Below are positions 42,384-52,846 of a stretch of 64,000 bases of DNA, piece by piece. The position numbers were made by a program, and so were the translations under genes. Each line of letters opens with the position of its first letter. Position 1 is the stretch's first letter. The notes under the pieces were generated by a model, which saw nothing but the letters and a program-made list of their open reading frames with translations, did not search any database and was not told where the DNA came from. This DNA comes from Clostridia bacterium (GTDB lineage: Bacteria > Bacillota > Clostridia > Oscillospirales > SIG627), in assembly GCA_017439965.1 (NCBI GenBank), contig JAFSID010000102.1, positions 26,472 through 90,471 of the forward strand. Direction: 5' to 3'.

Positions 42384-43857
42384 TTAAGTTCTGTCAAACG
42401 CCTTGATGACCGTTCTTATCTGGTAACGGGCGTGAGTAAAGCGCTGAGTATAATAGGACTGGAAGTTGTTATTTCCGTCCCTCATCATAAACTCAAGCAT
42501 AAACGCAAAGCCCTTCCAGTTATCGTACACCGTACCGAAGTCGAACTGAGTGCCGTCGATTACCATATCCATAATCTCCTTGGACTCGGAGTCGCGGAGG
42601 TATCTCGTCTTAAGAGCAATCTCGTAAAGGGTAGGAGTTACGGTCTTCCAGCTTTCTGCCGAGAGCGCCTCGACGATTCGTCCTACAAACTCGGTATCCT
42701 TACAGGTCTTGGGTATTGCGAGAGCGGTATGATGACCGCCTACCATAGTCTTGTAATTTGCCTGATTTTCATCGTACTTGGGAAGAGGAATAAGTCCGTA
42801 CTCGTCCTCAAAGTTACGCATTTTCTCGTTCGTTGCGGTAGCAAGAGAGCCCATAACGAATATTGACTTCTTCTGATGGAAAAGAGAGCCCGCCTTACTT
42901 TCGCCGTTTGCCTTGTCGCCCTCGAAGAATACTCCGTTGTTATTATAACAGAAATCGTAGAAGTCGTTGATTATCGAGTCTATCTTATCGGTCTTGACGG
43001 TTATCTGAGGCACGCCGTCGGCATCCTTGGAGCAAACGGGATTGTCAAACGCCCAGAGGAACGAGTTAAGGCAGGTGCCCTGGTCGAGACCGAAGCCGTA
43101 AAAGTCGTTTAAGTCACGCTCGTCGTTACCGTCGTCAACATAGATATCCTTAATCATTTCGGAAAGCTTATCAAAGGTCCACTTGCCGTCAAGAACGAGC
43201 TTGTACAAATCGCCAAGCTCATAGGAGGAGGCAAGATTCTTGTTGAAATAGAGACAGTAAGCACCGCTGACCGCAGAATAATCGAGGTGAGAAATTGCGA
43301 TAAGGCACTTGCCGTTATAGGTAAGGTCGGTGGAATTTGATTCATACCACCAGGGCTTAGAAAAGTCGATATGCTCGATATCGTACCAGTTCATAAAGAG
43401 CTTCTTGGTAACCATACCGCCCATAGACATAACCATTCCCATAAACAGATCGAACTCGTCGTTACCCGAGAGCACGGTCTTGGAAACGTAATCGTTTTCC
43501 TCGGCATAGGTACCGTGGAAAACTACCTCAAAGTCAACGTTGAAGCGGTTAGCAACGGTCTCGTTACGGGCAAAGCGGGCATCCTTGAGAAGATCGCCCT
43601 TGTTGCGCTCGTCCTCCTCTATGTAGATCTCGCTGAGATTATGTGCTACCACACGAAGCACTCGTCCGCCGTAATCCATCTCTCCGAGTCCGTCGTCAAC
43701 AAGGCTTTCTCTCATAGAATATCGAGTCCTCCTCATAGGTTTTGGCCTCGGTCTTTTTCTCGCCGTCGTCCTCTTCCTTATCCTTGCAGGCAAAAAGAAC
43801 GGTCGCAGAAGAAAGAAGCATCAGAATTGCGAGAGTCAGGGCTAAAATTCTTTTCAT
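42384..43857 (-). pseudogene. ABC transporter solute-binding lipoprotein (family 1), frameshifted near codon 50
   Basis: The ATG at 43857 has a GGAGG SD 7 nt upstream and encodes MKRILALTLAILMLLSSATVLFAC-KDKEEDDGEKKTEAKTYEEDSIFYERK, which stops at 43696. The long SBP-like ORF (42384-43793) is in another frame, and its first ~25 codons are an unnatural Arg-rich string. Confidence 0.6.
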
Positions 43858-43964
43858 AATAAAACCTCCTTATATTTTACTATTGTATTTTTGACGCTGT
43901 TTAAATCAATTATATTCGTAAATTACGGCTTATACAATGTACAATGAGATTGTATTTTTGTATT

Positions 43965-44432
43965 TTACAACTTTTTATTTTTTTCGCAAAGGCGGAGCTT
44001 CTTAAAGAAATCCTTCAAGACCTCCGAGCATTCATCCTCAAGAATGCCTCCCTCAACCGTCGGATGATGGTTGAAGGCGTGGTCGTTTAAGTTGATAAGA
44101 CTGCCGAAGCAACCCGCCTTCGAATCATACGCACCGAAATACAGATTTCGTATACGGGCATTTATTATAGCCCCCGCACACATCACGCAGGGCTCAAGAG
44201 TGACGTACATATCGCACTCCCAAAGCCTCCAACCGCCAAGCTTACGGCAGGCGCGGTCAATGGCAACGAGCTCGGCGTGCTTCAAGGCGTTTTTGTGAGT
44301 CTGTCGGGCGTTTGAGCCGTAGGAGACTATCTCTCCGTTTCTCACGATAACGCATCCGACGGGTATCTCTCCACGCTCTCCGCACAGCCTTGCGTAATGC
44401 AGGGCTTTTCTCATATAATCCTCGTGTGTCAT
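43965..44432 (-). CDS. tadA: tRNA adenosine(34) deaminase
   Basis: HAELVAI..TLEPCVMCAGA is the CDA zinc motif. I prefer the ATG at 44432, which forms an ATGA overlap with the upstream stop, over the ATG at 44447. Confidence 0.88.
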   Translation of the reverse strand: MTHEDYMRKALHYARLCGERGEIPVGCVIVRNGEIVSYGSNARQTHKNALKHAELVAIDRACRKLGGWRLWECDMYVTLEPCVMCAGAIINARIRNLYFGAYDSKAGCFGSLINLNDHAFNHHPTVEGGILEDECSEVLKDFFKKLRLCEKNKKL

Positions 44433-45319
44433 AATCTCTCCAGCCATACAAGAAACAAATAAATAAGATATCCCGCAATAAAATACAGCGCTATTCTCGG
44501 TAGTGCCTGCATAACCATACGGCTCTTGTATTTTTCTCTTTTTTCAACCTTCTTCATTTCGTTCTCGATTGCCGTTTCCTTTTCGGCTGAGCTTTCGGTT
44601 GCGGTACGGGCAAGAGTATGCTCGACGCGTTTAGCTCTTTGAACGAAGGAGTAGGGGTCGGAGTCAAACTCGGAGGCGGTGTTCATCGTCACCATTTTTT
44701 CAAGGTCAGCCTTAAGCCTTCCGCAACGCTTACAGATATCAAGGTCGGGAGTGTTTTTTTGAGAGCAGGTGCATATCCAAGCGCCCTCGGAAAATTGAGG
44801 CATAATAACGGCAGGGTGCTTCTCGCTCTTATGAGACGGAGTTATTGCCGAATCCATTTCGGCAACGTGTGCCTCGCGCACGGCTGAGCGCTTATCAACG
44901 GTTGAGCAGGAAAGTGCTTCAACCGTTCCGTCCTCGTAGGTCACCTCGTCGATAAAAATCTCATAACGCTTGAAATAGGTCTCGGGAATGGGTATGTAAT
45001 CGTCTGCTCCCAAAAGCCTTTCGCTCATTTTCTTTTTATTTACGTTATAAATATATGAAAGCTTTTTGTACGGGAGCGGTGAATCAAGATATAGAAAGAG
45101 TCTTATTTTAAACGAGCGAATAAGCTTATTCGTTATACGGGCAAAGCGAATCGAGAGAAAATACTCAAGGCTCTCGATATCGTAAACCTCAACCGCCTCC
45201 TCAAGCTCGAGAGGAGAGGTATCAAAGAGAAAGTGAAATTCCTTTTTGTCAATCTGCTTGAAATATCTTTTTTTGCCGAAAATACGCTTGGTAAAATCGT
45301 GCTGTGAAATACTATCCAT
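44429..45319 (-). CDS. hypothetical protein with a CxC..CxxC zinc-ribbon-like motif and a C-terminal TM anchor
   Basis: 296 aa. WICTCSQKNTPDLDICKRCGR, and a C-terminal hydrophobic helix ALPRIALYFIAGYLIYLFLVWL. I recognise no family. Confidence 0.5.
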   Translation of the reverse strand: MDSISQHDFTKRIFGKKRYFKQIDKKEFHFLFDTSPLELEEAVEVYDIESLEYFLSIRFARITNKLIRSFKIRLFLYLDSPLPYKKLSYIYNVNKKKMSERLLGADDYIPIPETYFKRYEIFIDEVTYEDGTVEALSCSTVDKRSAVREAHVAEMDSAITPSHKSEKHPAVIMPQFSEGAWICTCSQKNTPDLDICKRCGRLKADLEKMVTMNTASEFDSDPYSFVQRAKRVEHTLARTATESSAEKETAIENEMKKVEKREKYKSRMVMQALPRIALYFIAGYLIYLFLVWLERL

Positions 45320-45947
45320 TTTGGGAAAAATCCTTTCTTATTAAAACGAATATACCGACTCCGACAAAAAACGATAAGACTGTAATCAAAGTGCTCGGTG
45401 CAAAGTGCAGCACGGCAAGAAGGTTATTTACAGCGTGACAGAGTATGGGAAGCCATACGCTTCCCGTCCTTCTGTAAACGAATGCTAAAAGCACTCCGAG
45501 AATAAAAGACAGAATAATTGCGGGAGGGCTTGAATGTGAAAGTGAAAAGAGCAGAGCAGACAGGACGGTTGCCCAACCTGAGCCGATAAAACTATTAATG
45601 CTTTTAAAAAGCGTGGCTCTGAAAAACAGCTCCTCGGCTATCGGCACTGCAATAACCGACATTAGTGCTCTCGGCAAGGGAATATCAACGGGTGTCGGCT
45701 CAAATACCAAGCCGAGCAGAGCCGATGACGTAATGCTGACGCTTAAAAAAAATACAAGCATCAATAATCCCCTACCGAGCGTAACGGACTTACGCTCGGC
45801 GCTTTTTGGGGAGAAAATAACGTAAAGCAGAATATATAGGGCACACGCCGTAACGCTCGTAAGGGTGGCGTCAAGAAAAGCGTCGGTCACAAGAAGTACG
45901 GCTCTGACTCCTATAAGAGAGAGAAGAAGCGCTAAGAGCTTATTCAT
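45312..45947 (-). CDS. CPBP family intramembrane glutamic endopeptidase (CAAX/Abi-like)
   Basis: PIAEELFFRATLF, ..FSLSH.. and ..CHAVNN.. motifs. I prefer the start MNKLLALLL at 45947, which overlaps the PBP stop by 8 nt. Confidence 0.8.
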   Translation of the reverse strand: MNKLLALLLSLIGVRAVLLVTDAFLDATLTSVTACALYILLYVIFSPKSAERKSVTLGRGLLMLVFFLSVSITSSALLGLVFEPTPVDIPLPRALMSVIAVPIAEELFFRATLFKSINSFIGSGWATVLSALLFSLSHSSPPAIILSFILGVLLAFVYRRTGSVWLPILCHAVNNLLAVLHFAPSTLITVLSFFVGVGIFVLIRKDFSQNG

Positions 45948-48477
45948 TCTCTTCCTTATCCTCGTCCGCTTCCTCAAGCTCCTCGGGATGAGCAAGGCGG
46001 TATTCCTCGCAAAGCTTTTGCCAGGAGGTAGTATTTTCCTTATTATGCTCAACGCAATAGCTGTTTACGGGACGGTTAACGCCCGAGGTGAAGCCCGGAT
46101 AGGTGCCGTCGAGATAAAGATTCATAAAGAAGGGCAGGCTCGTATCGTCGGGGTAAACGTAATCGTGAGGCACCTGCATATAGGTATACTGAGCGTCGGT
46201 AACCGCAACGTTCTTTTCGATTTTTCTGTTTTCGTTTCTGACAAGGGCAATGGTGATGACCTTATCCTCGGGACATCCGACGTCGGCAACGCTACGCGTC
46301 TCGGTACACCACTGCACCTCAACGTGAGCGTTACACTCGGAGGTAGGCACGGTGTCACGGGTATAATAGCCTGTTGCGGTACGGTTTCCTCTTGGGTCAA
46401 GCGAGCAATATTCACCTGCAAGCAGACCCGAGTCCTTACAGTAGACTCTCTCAACGAGCTCGGAAAAATCAAACTCCTCAACGCTTCCGCGGTCAATATA
46501 CTTTTGGTGTACCTTCTTCATAACCTCGTCCCAAACGGTAAGCGCAGGGCTGGGAACGAAATTCTGCATATAACGGGGCTGGTCATAGCCAAACCATACA
46601 GCTCCCGAGAAATAAGGCGTATACGCCGCAAAGTAAAGGTCCTTGTTATCGTTGGTGGTACCCGTCTTTGCCGCAACGTCAACGTCCTTGGTAACGGTAA
46701 GACGGCGTGCAGTACCGTAGCCCGCAGGGTCGGCAACCTCGGATAAAATCTTGGTCATAACAAGGGCGGTATCGTGACTTAAAATAACCTCGCTCTTTTC
46801 CTCGTTTGACAGAATTACGTGTCCCTGAGCATCGCACACCTTGACGTAGGTACGGGACTTGTTGAAAATACCGTCGTTGGCAAAGGTTGCGTATGCGGAA
46901 GCCATATCACGAAGGGTTACACCGTAGGTGAAGCCGCCGAGTGCAAGAGGCGAAAGTGACATATCGCTGTGAGTTCCGCCCACGTTTTCATAAAGAGTTG
47001 AAAGGCGGTACTTATTGCGAAGAAAATTGAAAACGTTTTCTGTGCCGAGCTTATCAACGATTCTTACGGCAACGGTATTGACCGAGCGTATTACCGCGTC
47101 GGCAACCGTCGTATAGCCTCTGTACTGCGCAGGTGAGTTAGACGGCCATGCGTTACCCGTTGCGGGATTAATATTAAACGGGAAATCGTCAATGGCGGTT
47201 GAATAGGTGATGATACCCTCCTCGATTCCCTGTGAGTATGCCGAGAGGGGCTTGATTGACGAGCCTGGCTGACGGGTGGTCATAGTCGCTCTGTTCCAGC
47301 CTCGGTTTTCCTTCTTCTCTCCCCTTCCGCCCACTATTCCGAGGACGTTTCCGTTATAGGGGTTTACGACGACCATTGCCGATTCGGGCTGAACGCCCTC
47401 TACGTCGGGGAAATACTCGTCATTCTCAAAGACCTCCTCCATGGCGTTCTGTACCTCGAGGTCCATAGTGGTAAATATCTGAAGTCCGCCCGAGTAAACG
47501 AGCTGAGTCGCACTCGCCTCGTCCATTCCCTTCTGCTCCATAAGGTCGGCAATAACGTCGTCCATTACGGTATCAACAAACCAGGAATGTATACGGACGT
47601 TGCTGTCATCCTCCTCTTCGACGTCACCGTTGAAAAGCACGATATCCTGATCGTAAACCTCGTCAAAGGTCTCCTTGTCGATAAGCTTTTGGTCAAGAAG
47701 CTCCTCGAAAATTACCTGACGGCGATACTTATTGTTTTCGGGATTCTGTATCGGGTCGTAATAGGTCGGACGGTTGGTGATACCTACGAGGCAGGCGCAT
47801 TCAACGAGTGTCAGCTCGGATACGTCCTTGTGGAAATAATAATTCGCCGCAGCCTGAACTCCTCCGCAGCCCTGAGAAAGATAGATGGTATTGAGATACA
47901 TTTCGAGTATCTCCTCCTTACTCTTCTTTTTCTCAAGGGACAGCGCGCGGAATATCTCTTGAATCTTACGCTGAATCTTTACGTCATCCTCACCCGTTAC
48001 GTTTTTAATAAGCTGCTGAGTGATGGTTGAGCCTCCGTAGCCGAAGGAGCCGCTCTTAAAGACGTGAAGCACCGCGCCTATCGTTCTTCTCCAGTCAACA
48101 CCTGGGTGATCCCAGAAGCGCTTATCCTCGATAGCAACGACGCAGTCGATAAGCTCATCGGGCATTTCATCGTAGGATACCCAGAGTCTGTTCTCACTTC
48201 CGTGAAGCCTTTCCTCCTCAAGCTCGACCCACTTACCCTCGGTATGATGGTCGTCGGTATATTCCATATAGTAAATGGAGGTGGTCTGGTTCAGGTCCAT
48301 TTTAAGATTTTCAATATCGTATTCGGTGTCGATATTTTCCTTAATGTAAACGGCAAGAAACGCCGCCATTATAGAGCCCGAAATAATTCCGATGAGAATA
48401 AGAGTGAGAAATACACTGATTATTCCCTTGAAAATACTTCCGCCGATTCTTCTTTTTTTCATACCCTTCTCCTTCAT
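45940..48477 (-). CDS. class A penicillin-binding protein (PBP1A-type transglycosylase/transpeptidase)
   Basis: 845 aa. GT51 motifs (..AIEDKRFWDHPGVD.., GGSTITQQL). Transpeptidase motifs (SSIKP, ..KTGTT..). Confidence 0.9.
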   Translation of the reverse strand: MKEKGMKKRRIGGSIFKGIISVFLTLILIGIISGSIMAAFLAVYIKENIDTEYDIENLKMDLNQTTSIYYMEYTDDHHTEGKWVELEEERLHGSENRLWVSYDEMPDELIDCVVAIEDKRFWDHPGVDWRRTIGAVLHVFKSGSFGYGGSTITQQLIKNVTGEDDVKIQRKIQEIFRALSLEKKKSKEEILEMYLNTIYLSQGCGGVQAAANYYFHKDVSELTLVECACLVGITNRPTYYDPIQNPENNKYRRQVIFEELLDQKLIDKETFDEVYDQDIVLFNGDVEEEDDSNVRIHSWFVDTVMDDVIADLMEQKGMDEASATQLVYSGGLQIFTTMDLEVQNAMEEVFENDEYFPDVEGVQPESAMVVVNPYNGNVLGIVGGRGEKKENRGWNRATMTTRQPGSSIKPLSAYSQGIEEGIITYSTAIDDFPFNINPATGNAWPSNSPAQYRGYTTVADAVIRSVNTVAVRIVDKLGTENVFNFLRNKYRLSTLYENVGGTHSDMSLSPLALGGFTYGVTLRDMASAYATFANDGIFNKSRTYVKVCDAQGHVILSNEEKSEVILSHDTALVMTKILSEVADPAGYGTARRLTVTKDVDVAAKTGTTNDNKDLYFAAYTPYFSGAVWFGYDQPRYMQNFVPSPALTVWDEVMKKVHQKYIDRGSVEEFDFSELVERVYCKDSGLLAGEYCSLDPRGNRTATGYYTRDTVPTSECNAHVEVQWCTETRSVADVGCPEDKVITIALVRNENRKIEKNVAVTDAQYTYMQVPHDYVYPDDTSLPFFMNLYLDGTYPGFTSGVNRPVNSYCVEHNKENTTSWQKLCEEYRLAHPEELEEADEDKEENE

Positions 48478-51400
48478 TTCAATACAACGTTATCGTCACC
48501 GAGCATCCTCTTGAGTACCCTTACCATTTCATCGGACGGCTCGATTTTTAAGCTTGCGCGGAACGCCTTATTATCCTTCTTTGAGAAAAAGACGAGCGTG
48601 CTGTCACCCTGACACAAATCAAGCAGATTGTAAACCTTGCGCACGCTTGGGTCATCCATTGACTCAACGCGCAGATACATAGTCTTAAGATTTGCGAATT
48701 TTTCGTCGGTTATTGCCCTCTCAACGCTTTGTGCGATAAGCTTAAGCTCGTCGTCCTTGGTGGTTATCTCGCACTTGATATGCAATACGTTTTCAGGCTC
48801 AAGCACCTTTTCGCACTCGTCAAACGCCTTGGGGAATATTACCACCTCGGCAAAGGAGGTAATATCCGCAACCTTTATAAACGCCATAAACTCGCCTTTT
48901 TTAGTACGGGTTATACGCTTTGAGGTCATATTGCAAAGAATCTCAACCACCTGCTTTTCACGGTATTCGCCCGTGCCTGCATCGAGAGAATTTTTGATAT
49001 CCTCAATTCTCGCGCACCTCTTGACGAGTCTCTTGTAATCGTCAAGCGGATGACCCGAAAGATACACTCCCGTGACCGTTTTTTCCATATCGAGCCTCTC
49101 GGCAAGAGTCTCCTTGCCGACGTCACGAAACTCTATCTGCAAGGGTCTTGTAGTATCTCCGTTTGAAAAGAGGTCTATCTGTCCCGCGACGTTATGCCTC
49201 TTTATATCTGCCACCGTCTCAAGAGCAAGAGGCAGAGTCGAAAGCATCTCGCACCGTCCGTCGTGCAGACAGTCGAGTGCGCCCGCCATTATAAGACTCT
49301 CGGTCATCTTGCGGTTGGAGTCCCTTCCCGACATTCGCATAACGTAATCCTCAAAGCTTACGAAGGGAGATATTCGTCTTTCAGCAAAGACCTCCTGAAG
49401 CGCACCGAGTCCGACGTTCTTTATGGCAAGAAGTCCGAAGCGTATACCGTCGGGCGTGATGGTAAACTCCGCATCGCTCAGATTTATATCGGGCGGTAAA
49501 ACGGGAATCGACAACGCCCGACATTCAGCAACGTAGGCGTTTATCTTATTCTCGTCACCGAGTGAGCAGGTAATAAGAGACGCCATATATTCCGCGGGAT
49601 AATGATACTTGAGATACGCCGTGCGGTAGGTAAGATAGCTGTACGCACAGGCGTGCGACTTGTTGAAGGCGTACTTTGCAAATTCCGCCATCTCGTCGAA
49701 TATTTTTTCGGCAACCTCTTTTTTGACTCCGCGCGCTATCGCTCCCTCAATGCTCTTGTCGGGAGTGCCGTACAAAAACACCTGACGCTCGTTTTCCATA
49801 ACGTCCAGCTTCTTTTTGCTCATGGCACGGCGGACGATATCCGCTCTGCCGAAGGTGTAGCCTGCAAGAGCGCGGAATATCTGCATAACCTGCTCCTGAT
49901 AGACGATACACCCGTGAGTCACCGACAGTATCTCACGAAGTCTCGGGTCGGGATATTCAATTCCTCCCCTTCGGCTGTTTTCGATATATTTGGGAATCGA
50001 GTCCATCGGACCCGGTCGGTATAAGGCTATCGCCGCCGTTATATCCTCTATCGAGCGAGGCTCCAGCCTCATCATAAGGCTTCTCATTCCCTGAGACTCA
50101 ATCTGAAACATTCCAAGAGTCGAGCCCTCGGAAATATATTTGTAGACCTCTTCATCCTCAAGGTCGATTTTTTCAATGTCAAAATCGGGATTTTTCTCGG
50201 TAATTCTGTCAACCGCGCCGTCGATTATGGTAAGAAAGCGCAGACCGAGAAAGTCAATCTTCAAAAGTCCGAGGTCGGCAACCGTATTCATCGGATACTG
50301 AGTTGCGACAACCTCTCCGAGTGTGCAAAGAGGCACGTAATCCTGTACGGGTCTGTCGGTGATAACGACGCCTGCCGCGTGAAGAGACGGATGCCTCGGC
50401 ATACCCTCAAGTGACTCGGATATGTCAAGAAGTCTCTTTACGGCATTCGACGACTCGTAAAGGTCAAGAAGCTCACGGCTTTCCTTCTTTGCTCGCTGAA
50501 TGGTCATATCAAGGCTTCTCGGAATAAGCCTTGCAACCTCGTCCACCTCGTCGTAGCCCATACCCAGCACTCTGCCGACGTCACGCACGGCAGCCCTTGC
50601 GGCAAGGGTGTTAAAGGTGACTATCTGTGAAACGCGGTCAACTCCGTAACGGCTTATAACGTAGTCGATGACCTCGCGCCGACGCTCGTTACAGAAGTCA
50701 ATATCAAAATCGGGCATACTGACACGCTCGGGGTTTAAAAAACGCTCAAACAGAAGTCTGTGCTTTATCGGGTCAACTCCCGTAATTCCGAGAGCATACG
50801 CCGCAAGGCTTCCCGCACCCGAGCCTCTGCCAAGCCCCACGGAAATACCTCTCCTTTTTGCAAAGGATACGAAATCGTCAACTATCAGATAGTATTCCGC
50901 AAAGCCCATCTCGATAACCACCGACAGCTCGTAGTCAAGTCTTTCGACGTATTCCTTCTGCTCGTCGGGTGAAATGGAATGCTTGCGGAAAATCTCACCA
51001 AGCCCCCTTCTGCACCTTTCTCTCAGATACTCCTCGTTGGGAATATTTTGAGGATTATTAAAGGCAGGGAGATAAAGGCTTGAAAAATCAAAATCGAAAT
51101 TGCACTTTTCGGCAATTTTCACGGTATTTGCAAGTGCTTCGGGATAGCGTGCGAAGATGACCGACATTTCACTTGCAGACTTCAGATAAAGCTCGTCGGT
51201 CTCAAAGCCCTTCGGACGCCCCTCACTCAAGGTGGTGGCGGTCTGTATACACATAAGCACCGCCTGACTGCCCGCGTCCTCGCGCCTTAAATAATGCACG
51301 TCGTTGGTTGCAACGAGAGGTATATTGTATTCACGCCCTATTCTCGCAAGCCCCGTTATAACCGTCTTTTGCTCGGCAATGCCGTGATCCTGAAGCTCAA

Positions 51401-51914
51401 GATAAAAATCCTCACCGAAAAGAGCCTTCATTTCAAGTGCGTGCTCAACGGCGCCCTTGTAATCCCCCGACAGAAGCATCTGAGGTATCCGTCCCGAAAG
51501 ACAGCCTGACAGAGCAATAAGTCCCTCTCGGTGCTCACGCAATACCCTCATATCTATTCTCGGCTTATTGTAAAAGCCCTCGGTATAGGCAATGGAGTTA
51601 AGCTTTATAAGATTCTTATAGCCCGTCTCGTTTTTTGCAAGAAGCACGAGGTGATAGGTGTCGGTATCAAGGTTGTATACCCTACCCTCCATGCTTCTCG
51701 GAGCAAGGTACATCTCACATCCGATTATGGGCTTGATATTGTGTTTTTTCGCACTCTTATAAAACTCGACCGCGCCGTACATTGCGCCGTGGTCGGTCAT
51801 AGCGACCGCAGTCTGTCCAAGCTCCGCCGCACGCTCGAAAAGCCTGTCTATACGACAGGCGCCGTCAAGCAGACTGTATTCGGTGTGCAAATGGAGATGG
51901 ACAAACTCAGCCAT
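48474..51914 (-). CDS. dnaE: DNA polymerase III alpha subunit
   Basis: 1146 aa. The N-terminal PHP domain starts FVHLHLHTEYSLLDGA. Pol III alpha core and OB-fold regions follow. Confidence 0.93.
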   Translation of the reverse strand: MAEFVHLHLHTEYSLLDGACRIDRLFERAAELGQTAVAMTDHGAMYGAVEFYKSAKKHNIKPIIGCEMYLAPRSMEGRVYNLDTDTYHLVLLAKNETGYKNLIKLNSIAYTEGFYNKPRIDMRVLREHREGLIALSGCLSGRIPQMLLSGDYKGAVEHALEMKALFGEDFYLELQDHGIAEQKTVITGLARIGREYNIPLVATNDVHYLRREDAGSQAVLMCIQTATTLSEGRPKGFETDELYLKSASEMSVIFARYPEALANTVKIAEKCNFDFDFSSLYLPAFNNPQNIPNEEYLRERCRRGLGEIFRKHSISPDEQKEYVERLDYELSVVIEMGFAEYYLIVDDFVSFAKRRGISVGLGRGSGAGSLAAYALGITGVDPIKHRLLFERFLNPERVSMPDFDIDFCNERRREVIDYVISRYGVDRVSQIVTFNTLAARAAVRDVGRVLGMGYDEVDEVARLIPRSLDMTIQRAKKESRELLDLYESSNAVKRLLDISESLEGMPRHPSLHAAGVVITDRPVQDYVPLCTLGEVVATQYPMNTVADLGLLKIDFLGLRFLTIIDGAVDRITEKNPDFDIEKIDLEDEEVYKYISEGSTLGMFQIESQGMRSLMMRLEPRSIEDITAAIALYRPGPMDSIPKYIENSRRGGIEYPDPRLREILSVTHGCIVYQEQVMQIFRALAGYTFGRADIVRRAMSKKKLDVMENERQVFLYGTPDKSIEGAIARGVKKEVAEKIFDEMAEFAKYAFNKSHACAYSYLTYRTAYLKYHYPAEYMASLITCSLGDENKINAYVAECRALSIPVLPPDINLSDAEFTITPDGIRFGLLAIKNVGLGALQEVFAERRISPFVSFEDYVMRMSGRDSNRKMTESLIMAGALDCLHDGRCEMLSTLPLALETVADIKRHNVAGQIDLFSNGDTTRPLQIEFRDVGKETLAERLDMEKTVTGVYLSGHPLDDYKRLVKRCARIEDIKNSLDAGTGEYREKQVVEILCNMTSKRITRTKKGEFMAFIKVADITSFAEVVIFPKAFDECEKVLEPENVLHIKCEITTKDDELKLIAQSVERAITDEKFANLKTMYLRVESMDDPSVRKVYNLLDLCQGDSTLVFFSKKDNKAFRASLKIEPSDEMVRVLKRMLGDDNVVLK

Positions 51915-52846
51915 TAATCGTTTTCCTTTGCTATTTCAATAATTTTCTTCAGGCGGTGGTTAAGTCCCGAGCGAGAAATCGTTCCCGCCTCGGAGTAAAG
52001 ACAAAGCTCGGAAAGGGATGCGTCGGGATAAGCAAGCCTTAGCTCAGCCGCCTCGCGAAGCTCCTTTGACAGAGCGTTCCACTCGCCTCTGCCCTTTATT
52101 TTTTCAACCGCCATTTTAAATTCCAGAAACGCCGAAACCGTTCGTTTGGTATTCGCATTCTCACAGTTACAGCTACGGTTGATGTTGTTTCTCGTTTCCT
52201 TTTCAATGCTCTTTTCAATAACGTCAAAGGCGTAGGGAGTTGCGCCGATTTCGGTAAAAAGGTCGGAAAGCCTCTCGCTTCCCTTGATATAAACGATGTG
52301 GTTATTACGCCTTTTTATAAGCCTTGCCTCCCGCCCCTCAACGAGAAAATAGGAATACAGCGCCCCTGCAAGCTCCTCGCTCGGAGCGATAAATTCGGCG
52401 TGATAGCTTATATCGGGAGAGGTCACCGTTCCGCAGGCAAGGAAAACACCCCTGAGAAAATACTGGGCACATTCCTCGCAGGTAATAAGGTCGGACAGGT
52501 CAAAGCTCTCCGCGAATCTTGAAAAGAATTTTTCCGCCTCGCGTCCCTCGACCCTGACCTCGAAAAGCTCACGGCTTCGGTAGGTTTTTTGAGTGACGGA
52601 GGTTACAAAATGCATATTGTTTATAAAAATATAAGTGAGAAGCTCGGAAAAGGGAGCTGAATCAACGGTAAGAGTTCTGTCGGCAAGACTGTACTTTTTC
52701 GAAAAAAGCAAGGCTCCCGACAAAAAAGCCTCGATACAGCAACGGCTTATCCTCTTGTCCTTACCGCTTCGGGTAAGACCTGCATCGTTTGAGGTACGCT
52801 CACACAGATATTCCTTTACCTCGGCACACCAGGAGACTTTAGTCAA
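51914..52846 (-). CDS. whiA: DNA-binding protein WhiA
   Basis: 310 aa. Degenerate LAGLIDADG region (FLRGVFLACGTVTSPD..YHAEF) plus a C-terminal HTH. Confidence 0.85.
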   Translation of the reverse strand: MTKVSWCAEVKEYLCERTSNDAGLTRSGKDKRISRCCIEAFLSGALLFSKKYSLADRTLTVDSAPFSELLTYIFINNMHFVTSVTQKTYRSRELFEVRVEGREAEKFFSRFAESFDLSDLITCEECAQYFLRGVFLACGTVTSPDISYHAEFIAPSEELAGALYSYFLVEGREARLIKRRNNHIVYIKGSERLSDLFTEIGATPYAFDVIEKSIEKETRNNINRSCNCENANTKRTVSAFLEFKMAVEKIKGRGEWNALSKELREAAELRLAYPDASLSELCLYSEAGTISRSGLNHRLKKIIEIAKEND

